NCBI GenBank assembly: GCA_036381715.1
Contig: DASVCH010000069.1
Span: 2,208 to 66,207 of the forward strand
Reading direction: 5' to 3'
Length of the DNA: 64,000 nt
From: Gammaproteobacteria bacterium
GTDB taxonomy: Bacteria; Pseudomonadota; Gammaproteobacteria; Natronospirales; JAJUFS01
The position numbers and the translations under genes are program-made. How positions within the stretch are numbered: position 1 is the stretch's first letter; each line of letters starts with the position of its first letter. Positions 53,742 to 64,000 of the stretch are shown piece by piece. The notes beneath the pieces are model-generated. The model made no database searches, was not told the DNA's origin, and worked only from the letters and a program-made list of their open reading frames with translations.

Positions 53742-55016
53742 TCAGATCGAGAACGTCATCGTTTCCGGGTACACGGGAAACCGCCTGCAAAGCTCAAGGA
53801 CCTTTTCGCGCGTCGCGTCGATCACGGATTCGTTGCCGATATCGTCCAGCACGTCCGCGATCCAGCCGGCGACTTCCGTGATTTCCCTTTCCTTGAAACC
53901 GCGCGTGGTCGCGGCCGGCGTGCCGATGCGAAGACCGGAGGTCACGAACGGCGACTGCGGATCGTTCGGCACGGTGTTCTTGTTCACGGTGATGTACGCG
54001 CGGCCGAGCGCGGCGTCGGCGTCCTTGCCCGTCATGCCCTTGTCGATCAGGTCGAGCAGGAAAAGATGATTGTCCGTGCCGCCGCAGACGATGCGGTAGC
54101 CGCGATCCTGCAACGCTTTCGCCATGGCGCGCGCATTCGCGACGACCTGCTTCTGGTATTCCCTGAACTCCGGCTGCAACGCTTCGGCGAAGGCGACGGC
54201 CTTCGCCGCGATGACGTGCATCAGCGGACCGCCCTGCGTGCCCGGAAACACCAGCGACTGGAATTTCTTTTCGATGTCCGGGTTCGACTTCGCGAGAATC
54301 ACGCCGCCGCGCGGGCCGCGCAGCGTCTTGTGCGTGGTGGAGGTGACGGCGTGCGCGTGCGGCACCGGGTTCGGGTACTCGCCCGCCGCGACCAGACCGG
54401 CAACGTGCGCCATGTCCACGACGAGGTAGGCATCGACATCATCCGCGATCGCGCGGAACTTCGCCCAGTCCATGATGCGCGAATACGCCGAGAAACCGGC
54501 GACGATGACTTTCGGCCTGTGTTCATTGGCCAGCTGCGCGATGCGGTCGTAATCCAGTTCGCCCGTTTCCGGATCAATGCCGTATTGGACGGCGTTGAAC
54601 AGTTTCCCGGAGAAATTCGGTTTCGCCCCATGCGTGAGGTGACCGCCGTGATCCAGGCTCATGCCGAGCAGGGTGTCGCCGGGCTTCATCAGCGCCATGA
54701 ACACCGCCGCGTTCGCCTGCGAGCCGGAGTGCGGCTGCACGTTGGCGTAGTCCGCGCCAAAGAGCTGCTTCACGCGCTCGATGGCGAGGTTTTCCGCCAC
54801 GTCCACGAACTCGCAGCCGCCGTAATAGCGCTTGCCGGGATAGCCTTCCGCGTACTTGTTGGTCAGCACCGAGCCTTGCGCGGCCAGCACTCTCGGGCTC
54901 GCGTAATTCTCGGAGGCGATCAGCTCGATGTGATCTTCCTGCCGGCGGCGCTCGGCCTGCATGGCGTCGAACAGGGCGTCGTCGAATCCCTGGATGGTCA
55001 TGTCCTGGCGGTACAT
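53742..55016 (-). CDS. glyA: Serine hydroxymethyltransferase
   Basis: ORF 53742..55136 trimmed to the ATG at 55016 ([47 protein letters not shown]). Contains the PLP motif [14 protein letters not shown]. Confidence 0.95.
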   Translation of the reverse strand: MYRQDMTIQGFDDALFDAMQAERRRQEDHIELIASENYASPRVLAAQGSVLTNKYAEGYPGKRYYGGCEFVDVAENLAIERVKQLFGADYANVQPHSGSQANAAVFMALMKPGDTLLGMSLDHGGHLTHGAKPNFSGKLFNAVQYGIDPETGELDYDRIAQLANEHRPKVIVAGFSAYSRIMDWAKFRAIADDVDAYLVVDMAHVAGLVAAGEYPNPVPHAHAVTSTTHKTLRGPRGGVILAKSNPDIEKKFQSLVFPGTQGGPLMHVIAAKAVAFAEALQPEFREYQKQVVANARAMAKALQDRGYRIVCGGTDNHLFLLDLIDKGMTGKDADAALGRAYITVNKNTVPNDPQSPFVTSGLRIGTPAATTRGFKEREITEVAGWIADVLDDIGNESVIDATREKVLELCRRFPVYPETMTFSI

Positions 55017-55214
55017 CTGGAGGCTCTCCTCGTCGGTTCCGGCCCGCCCCTGGTCAGGGTCCGGAAATGCCCCGGGACGCGCCCGGGAATGCGGGTGAAG
55101 AAGCGTCGCATTGTACCCGAATGCCCCGGGCGGCACAGGCCGCGCGCAATGCCGGCCGCGGTTTTCCGGGGGTATCCGCCGATGGCAAGCGGGGGGTCCG
55201 GCTGTTATTTCCTG

Positions 55215-55733
55215 ATGAAATCATGGCAGTGCGGGTGGCCGAAGGTGGCGCTGAAGGATATCGAGACGATCAAGCATTCGGTGGAACTGAAGGAGTTCCA
55301 CAAGTTCCACGTCTGGATCTGGCGCCTGCAATACCTGTTCATGGCGCTGGTCGTCGTCACCGCGATACTCACTGTCGCCGGACTGTTCGGCGACGGCTGG
55401 ATGAGCCGGACGCAGATCGTCGACGATGACGCCGCCGTCGTTTACCAGCGCTTTGCGCGTTACGGCAACGACACCGTGCTGGAAACCCGCCTGTCCGGCA
55501 ACAATGCCAGTGTCGAGGTGCCGCTCGAGTATTTCGAGCGCTTCAGGCTCGACAGCGTGGTTCCGGAACCGCGCGAACAGCGCGTGCGGGGAAACCGGAT
55601 CGTGTTCGAATTCAGCACGGGCGAGGCCATGACGGCGCGCTTCCACCTGGTACCGCGGCGGTCCGGCGCCTCGGAAACCACGATCGTCGTCGGGGGCGCG
55701 TCATTCCCCGTCGCCCAGTTCACCTGGCCCTGA
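55215..55733 (+). CDS. Hypothetical single-pass membrane protein
   Basis: ATG at 55215 in the frame of ORF 53454..55733. One TM helix ([18 protein letters not shown]). Strong third-position GC. The stop is 2 nt before the DUF421 gene start. The start codon is uncertain. Confidence 0.5.
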   Translation: MKSWQCGWPKVALKDIETIKHSVELKEFHKFHVWIWRLQYLFMALVVVTAILTVAGLFGDGWMSRTQIVDDDAAVVYQRFARYGNDTVLETRLSGNNASVEVPLEYFERFRLDSVVPEPREQRVRGNRIVFEFSTGEAMTARFHLVPRRSGASETTIVVGGASFPVAQFTWP

Positions 55734-55735
55734 TC

Positions 55736-56197
55736 ATGGATCCCGTCTTCCGTGCGCTCGCCGTCTATTTCTTCCTGCTGCTGGTTTTCCGCATCATCGG
55801 CAAGCGCAGCCTTTCGCAGATCACCTCGTTCGATTTCCTGCTGTTGCTGATCGTCGGCGAAGCGACGCAGCAGGCGTTGCTGGGACAGGACTATTCCATC
55901 ACCAACGCGCTGCTGGTGATCATGGTGCTGGTCGGCGTCGACTACCTGCTGGCAATGCTGAAGGAACGTTCCCGCGCGGTCGAACGGATCCTGGAAGGCG
56001 CGCCGTTGATCGTGGTCGCGAACGGCAAGGTGCTGGAAACCCGCATCAAGCGCGCCGGCCTCGACGAGGACGACGTGCTCAAGGCGGCAAGGCTAAAGCA
56101 CGGCCTGGAACGCATGGAGCAGATCAAGTACGCCATCCAGGAACGCGACGGGAATATTTCGATCATTCCCTATTCGACCGAGCGCGATCCGGCCTAG
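55736..56197 (+). CDS. DUF421 (YetF-like) membrane protein
   Basis: 153 aa. Contains IIGKRSLSQITSFDFLLLLIVGEA and a C-terminal soluble half. Confidence 0.75.
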   Translation: MDPVFRALAVYFFLLLVFRIIGKRSLSQITSFDFLLLLIVGEATQQALLGQDYSITNALLVIMVLVGVDYLLAMLKERSRAVERILEGAPLIVVANGKVLETRIKRAGLDEDDVLKAARLKHGLERMEQIKYAIQERDGNISIIPYSTERDPA

Positions 56198-57150
56198 CCG
56201 GACAGCGCCGCGGTGACGGCACTCCACGCCGCGCCAAGGTTAGGCCGGCTGTAACCGCCGCCGCCCAGCGCCAGCAGGCGTCCGCCGGCATGCTTTTCTG
56301 CGAGCATGACGAGGCGTTCGGCGGCGAAGCCGTGGTCGTCCGCCGAAAGGCCCAGTGCGGTGAGCGGATCGCCGGCCAGTGAATCGGCGCCGCACTGGAA
56401 AATGACGAACTCCGGTTCCGCCGCGTCCACGAACGCCTCCGCCGCCTTCCATGCCTGGCGGAAATCGCTGCTGCCCGCGCCGGCCGGCAGCGGCAGGTTG
56501 AGCTTGGTTCCGGCCGCAGCGCCCTTGCCGGTTTCATCCGCATGGCCGGTTCCGGGATACAGCGTGCGCCCGTCCTGGTGAATGTCGGCAATGCAAATAT
56601 CCGGATCGTCCTCGTAGGCGTAGAACACGCCGTCGCCGTGATGCGCGTCGATGTCCACGTACGCGATGCGGCGAACGCCATGCCGCTGCCTGAGCATCTC
56701 GATGGCCAGGCCGATGTCGCTGAACACGCAGAAGCCCGCCGCATGATCGCGCGCCGCGTGATGCAGGCCGCCGATCGGCACGAAGGCGCGCGCAAGACGG
56801 CGCTCCATGACCGCTTCCGCCGCCGCGAGCGTCGCGCCGGCAACCGCCAGCGCCGCTTCGAAAATGTGCGCCTCGGCCGGCGTGTCGCCCATGTCCAGGT
56901 AACCGCCTTCGCGCGCGCAACGGTCGCGCACGAACCCGACGTAATACGCGTCATGGAAAAGCAGCAGATCCGCTTCGCGCGCCGGCGCGGCGTCGAGAAT
57001 CAGCACCTGCCGGTCGAGTTCGCGCTCGCGCAGCGCGCGCAGGAATGCATCCTGGCGGTCCTGTCCGAAAGGATGACCGCCGCTGAAACCGTAGTCCGCC
57101 GTGCCGGCACCGGCATAAACCGCGACGGGACGAATTGGGTCAATGGCCAT
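56194..57150 (-). CDS. Histone-deacetylase-family protein (AcuC/acetylpolyamine amidohydrolase-like)
   Basis: 318 aa. Motifs GGLHHAARDHAAGFCVF, DIDAHHGDG and GGGGY. Confidence 0.85.
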   Translation of the reverse strand: MAIDPIRPVAVYAGAGTADYGFSGGHPFGQDRQDAFLRALRERELDRQVLILDAAPAREADLLLFHDAYYVGFVRDRCAREGGYLDMGDTPAEAHIFEAALAVAGATLAAAEAVMERRLARAFVPIGGLHHAARDHAAGFCVFSDIGLAIEMLRQRHGVRRIAYVDIDAHHGDGVFYAYEDDPDICIADIHQDGRTLYPGTGHADETGKGAAAGTKLNLPLPAGAGSSDFRQAWKAAEAFVDAAEPEFVIFQCGADSLAGDPLTALGLSADDHGFAAERLVMLAEKHAGGRLLALGGGGYSRPNLGAAWSAVTAALSG

Positions 57151-57171
57151 GAGTAAAGACTAAGGGGAAAG

Positions 57172-57248
57172 GTCGAAAGTCTAAAGTCGAAGGTCGAAAG
57201 TGAAGAGCGCCGGGTTCGCCTTTCGACCTTCGACCTTCGACTTTCGAC
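57172..57248. repeat. 29-bp-stem heptamer hairpin in the divergent HDAC-family / rimB-like promoter region
   Basis: GTCGAAAGTCTAAAGTCGAAGGTCGAAAG, a 19-nt loop, then CTTTCGACCTTCGACCTTCGACTTTCGAC. Two mismatches by hand alignment. Confidence 0.85.
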
Positions 57249-57263
57249 CCGGTTCTTCCTGCT

Positions 57264-57776
57264 ATGCTTGCCGAAATCCGTCAGACGGAGCGGCCGTTGG
57301 ACAAGGCAGACACAAGAATGACCGTAGGCTGGCGCGAGTGGGTGAGCCTGCCGGAGCTGGGCATTCCGCGGATCAAGGCGAAGGTCGATTCCGGTGCGCG
57401 CACCTCCGCGCTGCACGCCTTCGACATCAAGGAATACGAACGCGACGGACAGCGGCGCGTGCTGTTCGGCATGCACCCGGTGCAGCAGAACACCGAAATC
57501 TCGGTGTTCTGCGACGCCGAGGTCGTCGACCAGCGCTGGGTGATGGATTCCGGCGGCCACCGCGAGGAACGCCTGGTCATCCGCACGCCGCTTCGCATCG
57601 GCGCGGAGGAATGGCCGGTCGAGATCACGCTGACCGGACGCGACAGCATGCGGTTCAGGATGCTCATCGGCCGCACGGCGATGAACGGCCGCCTGCTGGT
57701 TTTACCTGACAGTTCCTTCCTCGTGACGCCGGACGATTCGCCGGATCCGGAAGCGGACAACCTGGAAGAAGACTGA
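57264..57776 (+). CDS. ATP-dependent zinc protease / retropepsin-like protein of rimK clusters (RimB-like)
   Basis: 170 aa. Contains [32 protein letters not shown]. An alternative start exists at 57318. Confidence 0.7.
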   Translation: MLAEIRQTERPLDKADTRMTVGWREWVSLPELGIPRIKAKVDSGARTSALHAFDIKEYERDGQRRVLFGMHPVQQNTEISVFCDAEVVDQRWVMDSGGHREERLVIRTPLRIGAEEWPVEITLTGRDSMRFRMLIGRTAMNGRLLVLPDSSFLVTPDDSPDPEADNLEED

Positions 57777-57848
57777 GTAAGGGAGAAGGGAGAAGTCGGC
57801 GTATTTCCGCTTTTTTCTTCTACCTTCTTCCTTTTACCTTCTACCTTT
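57777..57848. repeat. Purine (GTAAGGG AGAAGGG AGAAG) and pyrimidine (CTTCTAC CTTCTTC CTTTTAC CTTCTAC CTTT) arms in the rimB-like / rimK spacer
   Basis: Starts 1 nt after the stop at 57776. A T-run lies between the arms. Confidence 0.75.
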
Positions 57849-57879
57849 GACAAGCAATCGCCGGACGCTGCGAGCACGA

Positions 57880-58788
57880 ATGAAAATCGCCATCCTTTCA
57901 AGGAACCCAAGGCTCTACTCCACCCGCCGGCTCGTGGAGGCCATCGAAGCGCACGGTCACACCCCGCGCGTGATCGATCCGCTGCGCTGCTACATGAACA
58001 TCGCCGCGCACAATCCCGAGATCCATTACAAGGGCGAAAAGCTCGAAGCCTTCGATGCCGTCATTCCGCGCATCGGCACGTCCGTCACCTTTTACGCGAC
58101 CTCGATCCTGCGCCAGTTCGAGATGATGGGCGTGTTTCCGCTGAACGAATCGGTCGCGATCAGCCGCTCCAAGGACAAGCTGCGTTCGCTGCAATTGCTC
58201 TCGCGCAAGGGTGTCGGCATGCCGGCGACCGGCTTCGCGCATTCGCCCGACGACACGCAGGACCTTTTGAAGCTTGTCGGCGGCGCGCCGGTCGTTATCA
58301 AGCTGCTGGAAGGCACGCAGGGCGTCGGCGTGGTGCTTGCCGAAACGCGCAAGGCGGCGGAATCCGTCATCGACGCCTTCCGCGGCCTCAACGCGCATTT
58401 CCTGGTGCAGGAATTCATCAAGGAAGCCGGCGGCACGGACATCCGCTGCTTCGTCATCGGCGAGAAGGTCGTGGCAAGCATGAAGCGCACGGCGAAGGAA
58501 GGCGAGTTCCGTTCCAACCTGCACCGCGGCGGTTCGGCGGAAGTCATCCGCATCACGCCGGACGAGCGTCTCATGGCGGTGCGCGCGGCGAAGATCATGG
58601 GCCTGAACGTCGCCGGCGTGGACATCCTGCGCTCCGGCAAGGGCCCGCTCATCATGGAAGTGAATTCCTCGCCCGGACTCGAGGGCATCGAAACCGCGAC
58701 CGGCAAGGACATCGCCGGACAGATCGTCACGTTCATCGAAAAGCACTACAAGCCGGGCAAGACGCGCACCAAGGGAAGCCGGGGCTGA
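57880..58788 (+). CDS. rimK: Ribosomal protein S6 L-glutamate ligase (ATP-grasp)
   Basis: ATG at 57880 inside ORF 57847..58788. Motifs [31 protein letters not shown] and [12 protein letters not shown]. Confidence 0.9.
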   Translation: MKIAILSRNPRLYSTRRLVEAIEAHGHTPRVIDPLRCYMNIAAHNPEIHYKGEKLEAFDAVIPRIGTSVTFYATSILRQFEMMGVFPLNESVAISRSKDKLRSLQLLSRKGVGMPATGFAHSPDDTQDLLKLVGGAPVVIKLLEGTQGVGVVLAETRKAAESVIDAFRGLNAHFLVQEFIKEAGGTDIRCFVIGEKVVASMKRTAKEGEFRSNLHRGGSAEVIRITPDERLMAVRAAKIMGLNVAGVDILRSGKGPLIMEVNSSPGLEGIETATGKDIAGQIVTFIEKHYKPGKTRTKGSRG

Positions 58789-58794
58789 CGGCCG

Positions 58795-59853
58795 ATGATC
58801 ACTCGCCACCGCAACAAGACGCTGATCATCAACGGTCACGACATTCCGCCGGGTTCGCGCGCGAAACTGCAACTGCCGGTTTCGACGCTCTACACCAACT
58901 CGCCGGTCGAGGTGCCGCTGCGCGTCATCAACGGCCGCCAGCCGGGACCGACCCTGTTCATTTCCGCCGCCGTGCACGGCGACGAACTCAACGGCATCGA
59001 AATCATCCGCCGTCTCATGGCGACGCCCGCGGTGAAACGCCTCAAGGGCGCGCTGCTCGCCGCCCCCATGGTCAACGTGCTCGGCGTCATGCACAAGTCG
59101 CGCTACCTGCCCGACCGCCGCGATCTCAACCGCAGCTTTCCGGGTTCGCCGGAAGGCTCGATGGCCTCGCGGCTGGCGCATCTTTTCTGCGAGGAAGTGC
59201 TGACGCACGCGCAATACGGCATCGACCTGCATACCGCGGCGATTCACCGCGACAACTTTCCGCAGATCCGCGCCGACCTCGACGACGAGGAAACGCTTGC
59301 GCTTGCGAAAGCCTTCGGCGCGCCCGTGATGCTGAACGCGGGCACGCCGGAAGGCTCGCTGCGCGGCGCGGCCGTCGCGAAAAAAGTGAAAGTGATGGTG
59401 TACGAGGCGGGCGAAGCGCTGCGCTACGACGAAATCGCGATCAAGGTCGGCGTCAACGGCATTCTCAACGTCATGCGCGAACTCGGCATGCTGCCCGTCT
59501 CGCGCCGCCGGAAGAAACGGCACGAACCCATCATCGCGCGTTCCTCCACCTGGATTCGCGCCAACACTTCCGGCCTGCTGCGCGTTCAGGCCGCGCTCGG
59601 CAGCGTCGTGAAACGCGGCCAGGTGCTGGGCAACATCACGGGCCCGTTCCACGACGACGACCACGAAGTGAAAGCGCCGTTCGGCGGCATCATCATCGGC
59701 CGCAGCAACATCCCGCTCATCCACGAAGGCGAGGCGATGTTCCACATTGCGCGCTTCGAAAAGCCGGGCGAACTCGACAAGCGCCTGGAAAACCTCAAAT
59801 CCACCTTCGCGGACGACGATCCGCTCACCACCTCGGAACCGCCGATCGTCTGA
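58795..59853 (+). CDS. Succinylglutamate desuccinylase/aspartoacylase-family (M14-like) zinc hydrolase
   Basis: 352 aa. Motifs LFISAAVHGDELNG, NRSFPG and GIDLHT. Confidence 0.8.
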   Translation: MITRHRNKTLIINGHDIPPGSRAKLQLPVSTLYTNSPVEVPLRVINGRQPGPTLFISAAVHGDELNGIEIIRRLMATPAVKRLKGALLAAPMVNVLGVMHKSRYLPDRRDLNRSFPGSPEGSMASRLAHLFCEEVLTHAQYGIDLHTAAIHRDNFPQIRADLDDEETLALAKAFGAPVMLNAGTPEGSLRGAAVAKKVKVMVYEAGEALRYDEIAIKVGVNGILNVMRELGMLPVSRRRKKRHEPIIARSSTWIRANTSGLLRVQAALGSVVKRGQVLGNITGPFHDDDHEVKAPFGGIIIGRSNIPLIHEGEAMFHIARFEKPGELDKRLENLKSTFADDDPLTTSEPPIV

Positions 59854-61098
59854 TCACCGTTCCCTGAACGGCGAACGTTCCGGCGCTTCCTCGTACGGAA
59901 GATAGGGAAACAGCTGGCGCACGAACCAGTTCACCGCCGGCAGCCGGTGCCGTGCCCACAGCCAGGTATCGACAGGTTTCGCGCCCAGGTTCGCTTTCGG
60001 TTCCGTCGCCGTACGGCCGAAAGAAATCCTGTGGCAACTCAACGCCAGCGCGTCTTCAACCACCTGCTGCAGCAGGCGGAGATAGACGGGCAGCTCGGCA
60101 TTCACGCCGTAATCCATGCCGACGTAATACGCCAGCGCCGAGCCGTCGTTTTCACGAATCGTGGAAATGAATCCGACAAGCCTTTGTTGGTCGCGCAGCA
60201 CCGATATCCGCAGCTGCTCCGGGAAGCATTCGGCAAGCGCGGCAAAATATCCGCGCGGCAGGGCCGCCGTGCGCACGGCCGCACGCTGCTCGACCTGTGA
60301 GTAAAGCGCATGGATATGGGCATCGTACGGACGAACGTCGTCCAGCGTCTCTACGACGAGGCCAGCCGCCTCGATCTGGCGGCGAATGCGCTTCTGCCTG
60401 CCGCGATATTTCGTGTTCAGCAGCGCAAGGTAGTCGTCAAAGCTCGCGCATTCGGGGGGCAGCGTGAGCACCATGTCGGGTTCCGTCCGCACGCGCCGGT
60501 AACTGTAGTTTTGCAGCGCCGCGGCGGCGTCGACCCCGGCACCCTTGAAATCCTTCACCAGCAGAAAGTCCGATTCACCGGACAGTTTCTCGCCGCGCCG
60601 GATCCGGTACAGCGCCTCGGCAATGCCCGCCCAGGCGACGGAATGATCCGCGCCGCTGGCAAGACCGACACCATGCAGTCCGCTTGAAACCAGGTTGCCG
60701 CACACCAGCAGGCGTTGACCGAAACCCCTCAGCGCATGGCGTTGCGCCTGCCGCAATGCCATTCGGAAGCGATCAGCATCCTCATCCCCGGCCGCCTTGT
60801 CCAGCAGGCTTTCGGCGCGCCAGTCGAAAAGCTGTACGGCGACGCAGGCTACCGGCTCGTTGCCGGAATACACGAGCGCATAGCGGTGGGCCACGCCGTC
60901 CATACCTAGCGACTCGAGCAGGGAAAGATAGCGGCGGTCGAGAAAAAGCGACTGGCCCCTTGCAATGCCGTCCCAGCGGCCCGCATCAAGAAATCCGATG
61001 CTGTCGGCGAGCGCGAATTGCAGGCCCGTCGGCGTGTGCCGGATGCGATGCCGCTGCCAGGCGCCGGCTGCGCCATTCCCCGCGTGTTCGTCCTTCAT
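59854..61098 (-). CDS. GNAT/FemAB-like acyltransferase-fold protein (COG3146/DUF482-like, tentative)
   Basis: 414 aa. General layout (WDG...LFLDRRYLSLLESLG...FYLRLLQQVVEDA...FGRTATEPK) resembles FemAB-like N-acyltransferases. Assigned from memory only. Confidence 0.55.
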   Translation of the reverse strand: MKDEHAGNGAAGAWQRHRIRHTPTGLQFALADSIGFLDAGRWDGIARGQSLFLDRRYLSLLESLGMDGVAHRYALVYSGNEPVACVAVQLFDWRAESLLDKAAGDEDADRFRMALRQAQRHALRGFGQRLLVCGNLVSSGLHGVGLASGADHSVAWAGIAEALYRIRRGEKLSGESDFLLVKDFKGAGVDAAAALQNYSYRRVRTEPDMVLTLPPECASFDDYLALLNTKYRGRQKRIRRQIEAAGLVVETLDDVRPYDAHIHALYSQVEQRAAVRTAALPRGYFAALAECFPEQLRISVLRDQQRLVGFISTIRENDGSALAYYVGMDYGVNAELPVYLRLLQQVVEDALALSCHRISFGRTATEPKANLGAKPVDTWLWARHRLPAVNWFVRQLFPYLPYEEAPERSPFRER

Positions 61099-61226
61099 CG
61101 CCTCGCTCCCTTATCTTGCTTTTTCGCAGCATGCCGCATCATCCGTGACGAAGAAAGCGACGGCGTGTCGTCGCACTGCTCCAATCGTTATAATGCGCGT
61201 CCCTTCTCAACCTCCGGCAGTTCCCC

Positions 61227-62897
<1,671 letters not shown>

Positions 62898-62901
62898 AAG
62901 C

Positions 62902-62922
62902 GTCGAAGGTCGAAAGTGAAAA
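62902..62922. repeat. Three purine heptamers (GTCGAAG GTCGAAA GTGAAAA) leading into the ettA terminator
   Basis: Starts 5 nt after the ettA stop. Confidence 0.8.
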
Positions 62923-62947
62923 AGCCGCGCTTCGCGCGGCTTTTTTT
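62917..62947 (+). terminator. Intrinsic terminator of ettA
   Basis: AAAAAA-GCCGCGC-TTC-GCGCGGC-TTTTTTT, 20 nt after the ettA stop and preceded by three heptamer units. Confidence 0.7.
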
Positions 62948-63036
62948 CCTTTCGCAACAAAAGCGAAGAGCAATGGACGGGACTTCGCAGGATTTTTCAG
63001 GATTTGCAGGACGTCCGAATGTGCGTGCAGGAGCGC
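62948..63036. repeat. Degenerate mosaic module (CCTTTCGCAACAAAAGCGAAGAGCAATGGACGGGACTTCGCAGGATTTTTCAGGATTTGCAGGA...)
   Basis: Same order of submotifs as 17387..17469 and 41632..41711, but more diverged. Confidence 0.6.
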
Positions 63037-63119
63037 CCTCCCGGGCGCGATTATCAGCAATCGGCCGCGGAGCGGCCTCCTACGAGATTTCGCGTGTTTT
63101 GAAGTGCGATGCGCGACCG
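63037..63119. repeat. REP-like element, copy 3 (core hairpin at 63063..63077)
   Basis: See 33179..33263. Confidence 0.8.
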
Positions 63120-63273
63120 CTTTCGCCTTTCGCCTTTCGCCTTCTCCCTTCTCCCTTCTCCCTTCTCCCTTCTCCCTTCTCCCTTCGACCTTCGACCTTC
63201 TCCCTTCGACCTTCGACCTTCGACCTTCGACCTTCGACCTTCGACCTTCGACCTTCGACCTTCGACCTTCGAC
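63120..63273. repeat. 22-unit mosaic pyrimidine heptamer array: CTTTCGC x3, CTTCTCC x6, CTTCGAC x2, CTTCTCC x1, CTTCGAC x10
   Basis: Counted unit by unit: 154 nt with no phase break. Ends 22 nt upstream of the MASE1 gene ATG. Confidence 0.95.
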
Positions 63274-63295
63274 TCCCCCGTAGTACCATCCCGCC

Positions 63296-64000
63296 ATGAA
63301 TCCGCGCATCGCCATCATCTACCTGGCGTCCTATGTGTTCCTCGACTGGGTGAGCTACGTGCACCCGGTGCTGCCCATCGGCATCACGCCGTGGAATCCG
63401 CCGCCCGGCCTGAGCCTGTTTCTCCTGCTCGTCTTCGGCCTGCGTTACTGGCCGCTGCTGTTCGTGGCCGCACTCGCGGCGGACGTGATCGTGCGCGGCA
63501 TTCCGGCGCCGTGGCCGGTGCTGCTCGAAGCCGCGGGCCTGCTCACCGGCGCCTACACGCTGGCGGCTTTCCTGCTGAGAAAATTCTTTCGCAACGACAT
63601 GCGCTTCGATACCGCGCGGCACCTCGGTGTCTTCCTCGCCGTCGTGGTGCCGATCACACTGGTGGTTTCCACGACGTACGTCGCGTTGTTCATGTCGGTC
63701 GGCCGCGTTCCGGCCGGCGAGTTCCTGCCGAGCATGTACCGTCACTGGGTCGGCGACCTGAACGGCATCCTTGTGTTCACGCCTGCGCTGCTGACCTGGG
63801 CGGGCGCCGCGGCGATATGGCGCAAGGGCTGGACGGGCCTGGTGACGCTCGAAGCCGTCGCGCAGATGCTGAGCATCGCATTCACCCTGTGGGTGATTTT
63901 CGGGCTCACCACCACTGACGAATTCAAGTTCTTCTACCTGCTGTTCCTGCCGCTGATCTGGATCGCCGTGCGCTGGGGCATGCGCGGCGCCACGCTCGCG
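63296..64000 (+). CDS. MASE1-domain membrane sensor protein (5' part; continues beyond the window)
   Basis: Absent from the ORF track because no stop occurs in the window. My translation from the ATG at 63296 reads MNPRIAIIYLASYVFLDWVSYVHPVLPIGITPWNPPPGLSLFLLLVFGLRYWP...HWVGDLNGILVFTPALL. It stays open for 235 codons with strong third-position GC. Confidence 0.7.
   Translation, partial: MNPRIAIIYLASYVFLDWVSYVHPVLPIGITPWNPPPGLSLFLLLVFGLRYWPLLFVAALAADVIVRGIPAPWPVLLEAAGLLTGAYTLAAFLLRKFFRNDMRFDTARHLGVFLAVVVPITLVVSTTYVALFMSVGRVPAGEFLPSMYRHWVGDLNGILVFTPALLTWAGAAAIWRKGWTGLVTLEAVAQMLSIAFTLWVIFGLTTTDEFKFFYLLFLPLIWIAVRWGMRGATLA

Noticed and set aside
55017-55214. Possible riboswitch (ZTP/THF-type) or leader in the 198-nt region upstream of glyA
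   Set aside because: GC-rich hairpins and a TACAAT -10-like hexamer are present. I could not match the ZTP (pfl) or THF consensus by eye, so there is not enough support to call it.

Overview
GC-rich, densely coding chromosomal segment. Gene content and synteny suggest core genome of a Gammaproteobacterium (inference): aceE-aceF-lpd; pyrC-rnt...grxD-sodB; glyA-nrdR-ribD-ribE-ribBA-ribH-nusB-thiL-pgpA; rimK; ettA; fadE; nadC. I call 59 protein-coding genes, one of them frameshifted and one running off the right edge. I found no rRNA, tRNA, CRISPR array, transposase, integrase or phage gene. Less ordinary coding content: (1) the maturase half of an MNIO(DUF692)-DUF2063-DoxX RiPP cluster at the left edge, whose precursor gene would lie upstream of the window; (2) two tandem Hanks-type Ser/Thr kinases, each fused to a cNMP-binding domain and start/stop-coupled to pgpA; (3) an operon of four consecutive lipoproteins (LPP20-like, LpoB-like, TPR, LPP20-like), the third frameshifted; (4) a histidine-decarboxylase-like gene plus ACT-domain gene between rnt and grxD; (5) a Fur-box TonB receptor operon; (6) three c-di-GMP-type sensor proteins. 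The most unusual signal is non-coding. Nearly every intergenic gap, and even the flexible linkers of AceF and Lpd, contains tandem arrays with a strict 7-nt period (GTCGAAR, GGCGAAA, GGGAGAA, GTGAGAG/GTAAGAA and complements). They are usually arranged purine arm, GC hairpin, pyrimidine arm in the direction of transcription. Two further repeated modules combine with them: a REP-like GGCCGCGGAGCGGCC hairpin element and an AT-rich AATGGACAGGATTAACAGGATT element. All functional calls come from reading the supplied translations and the DNA by eye; no database search or folding program was run.
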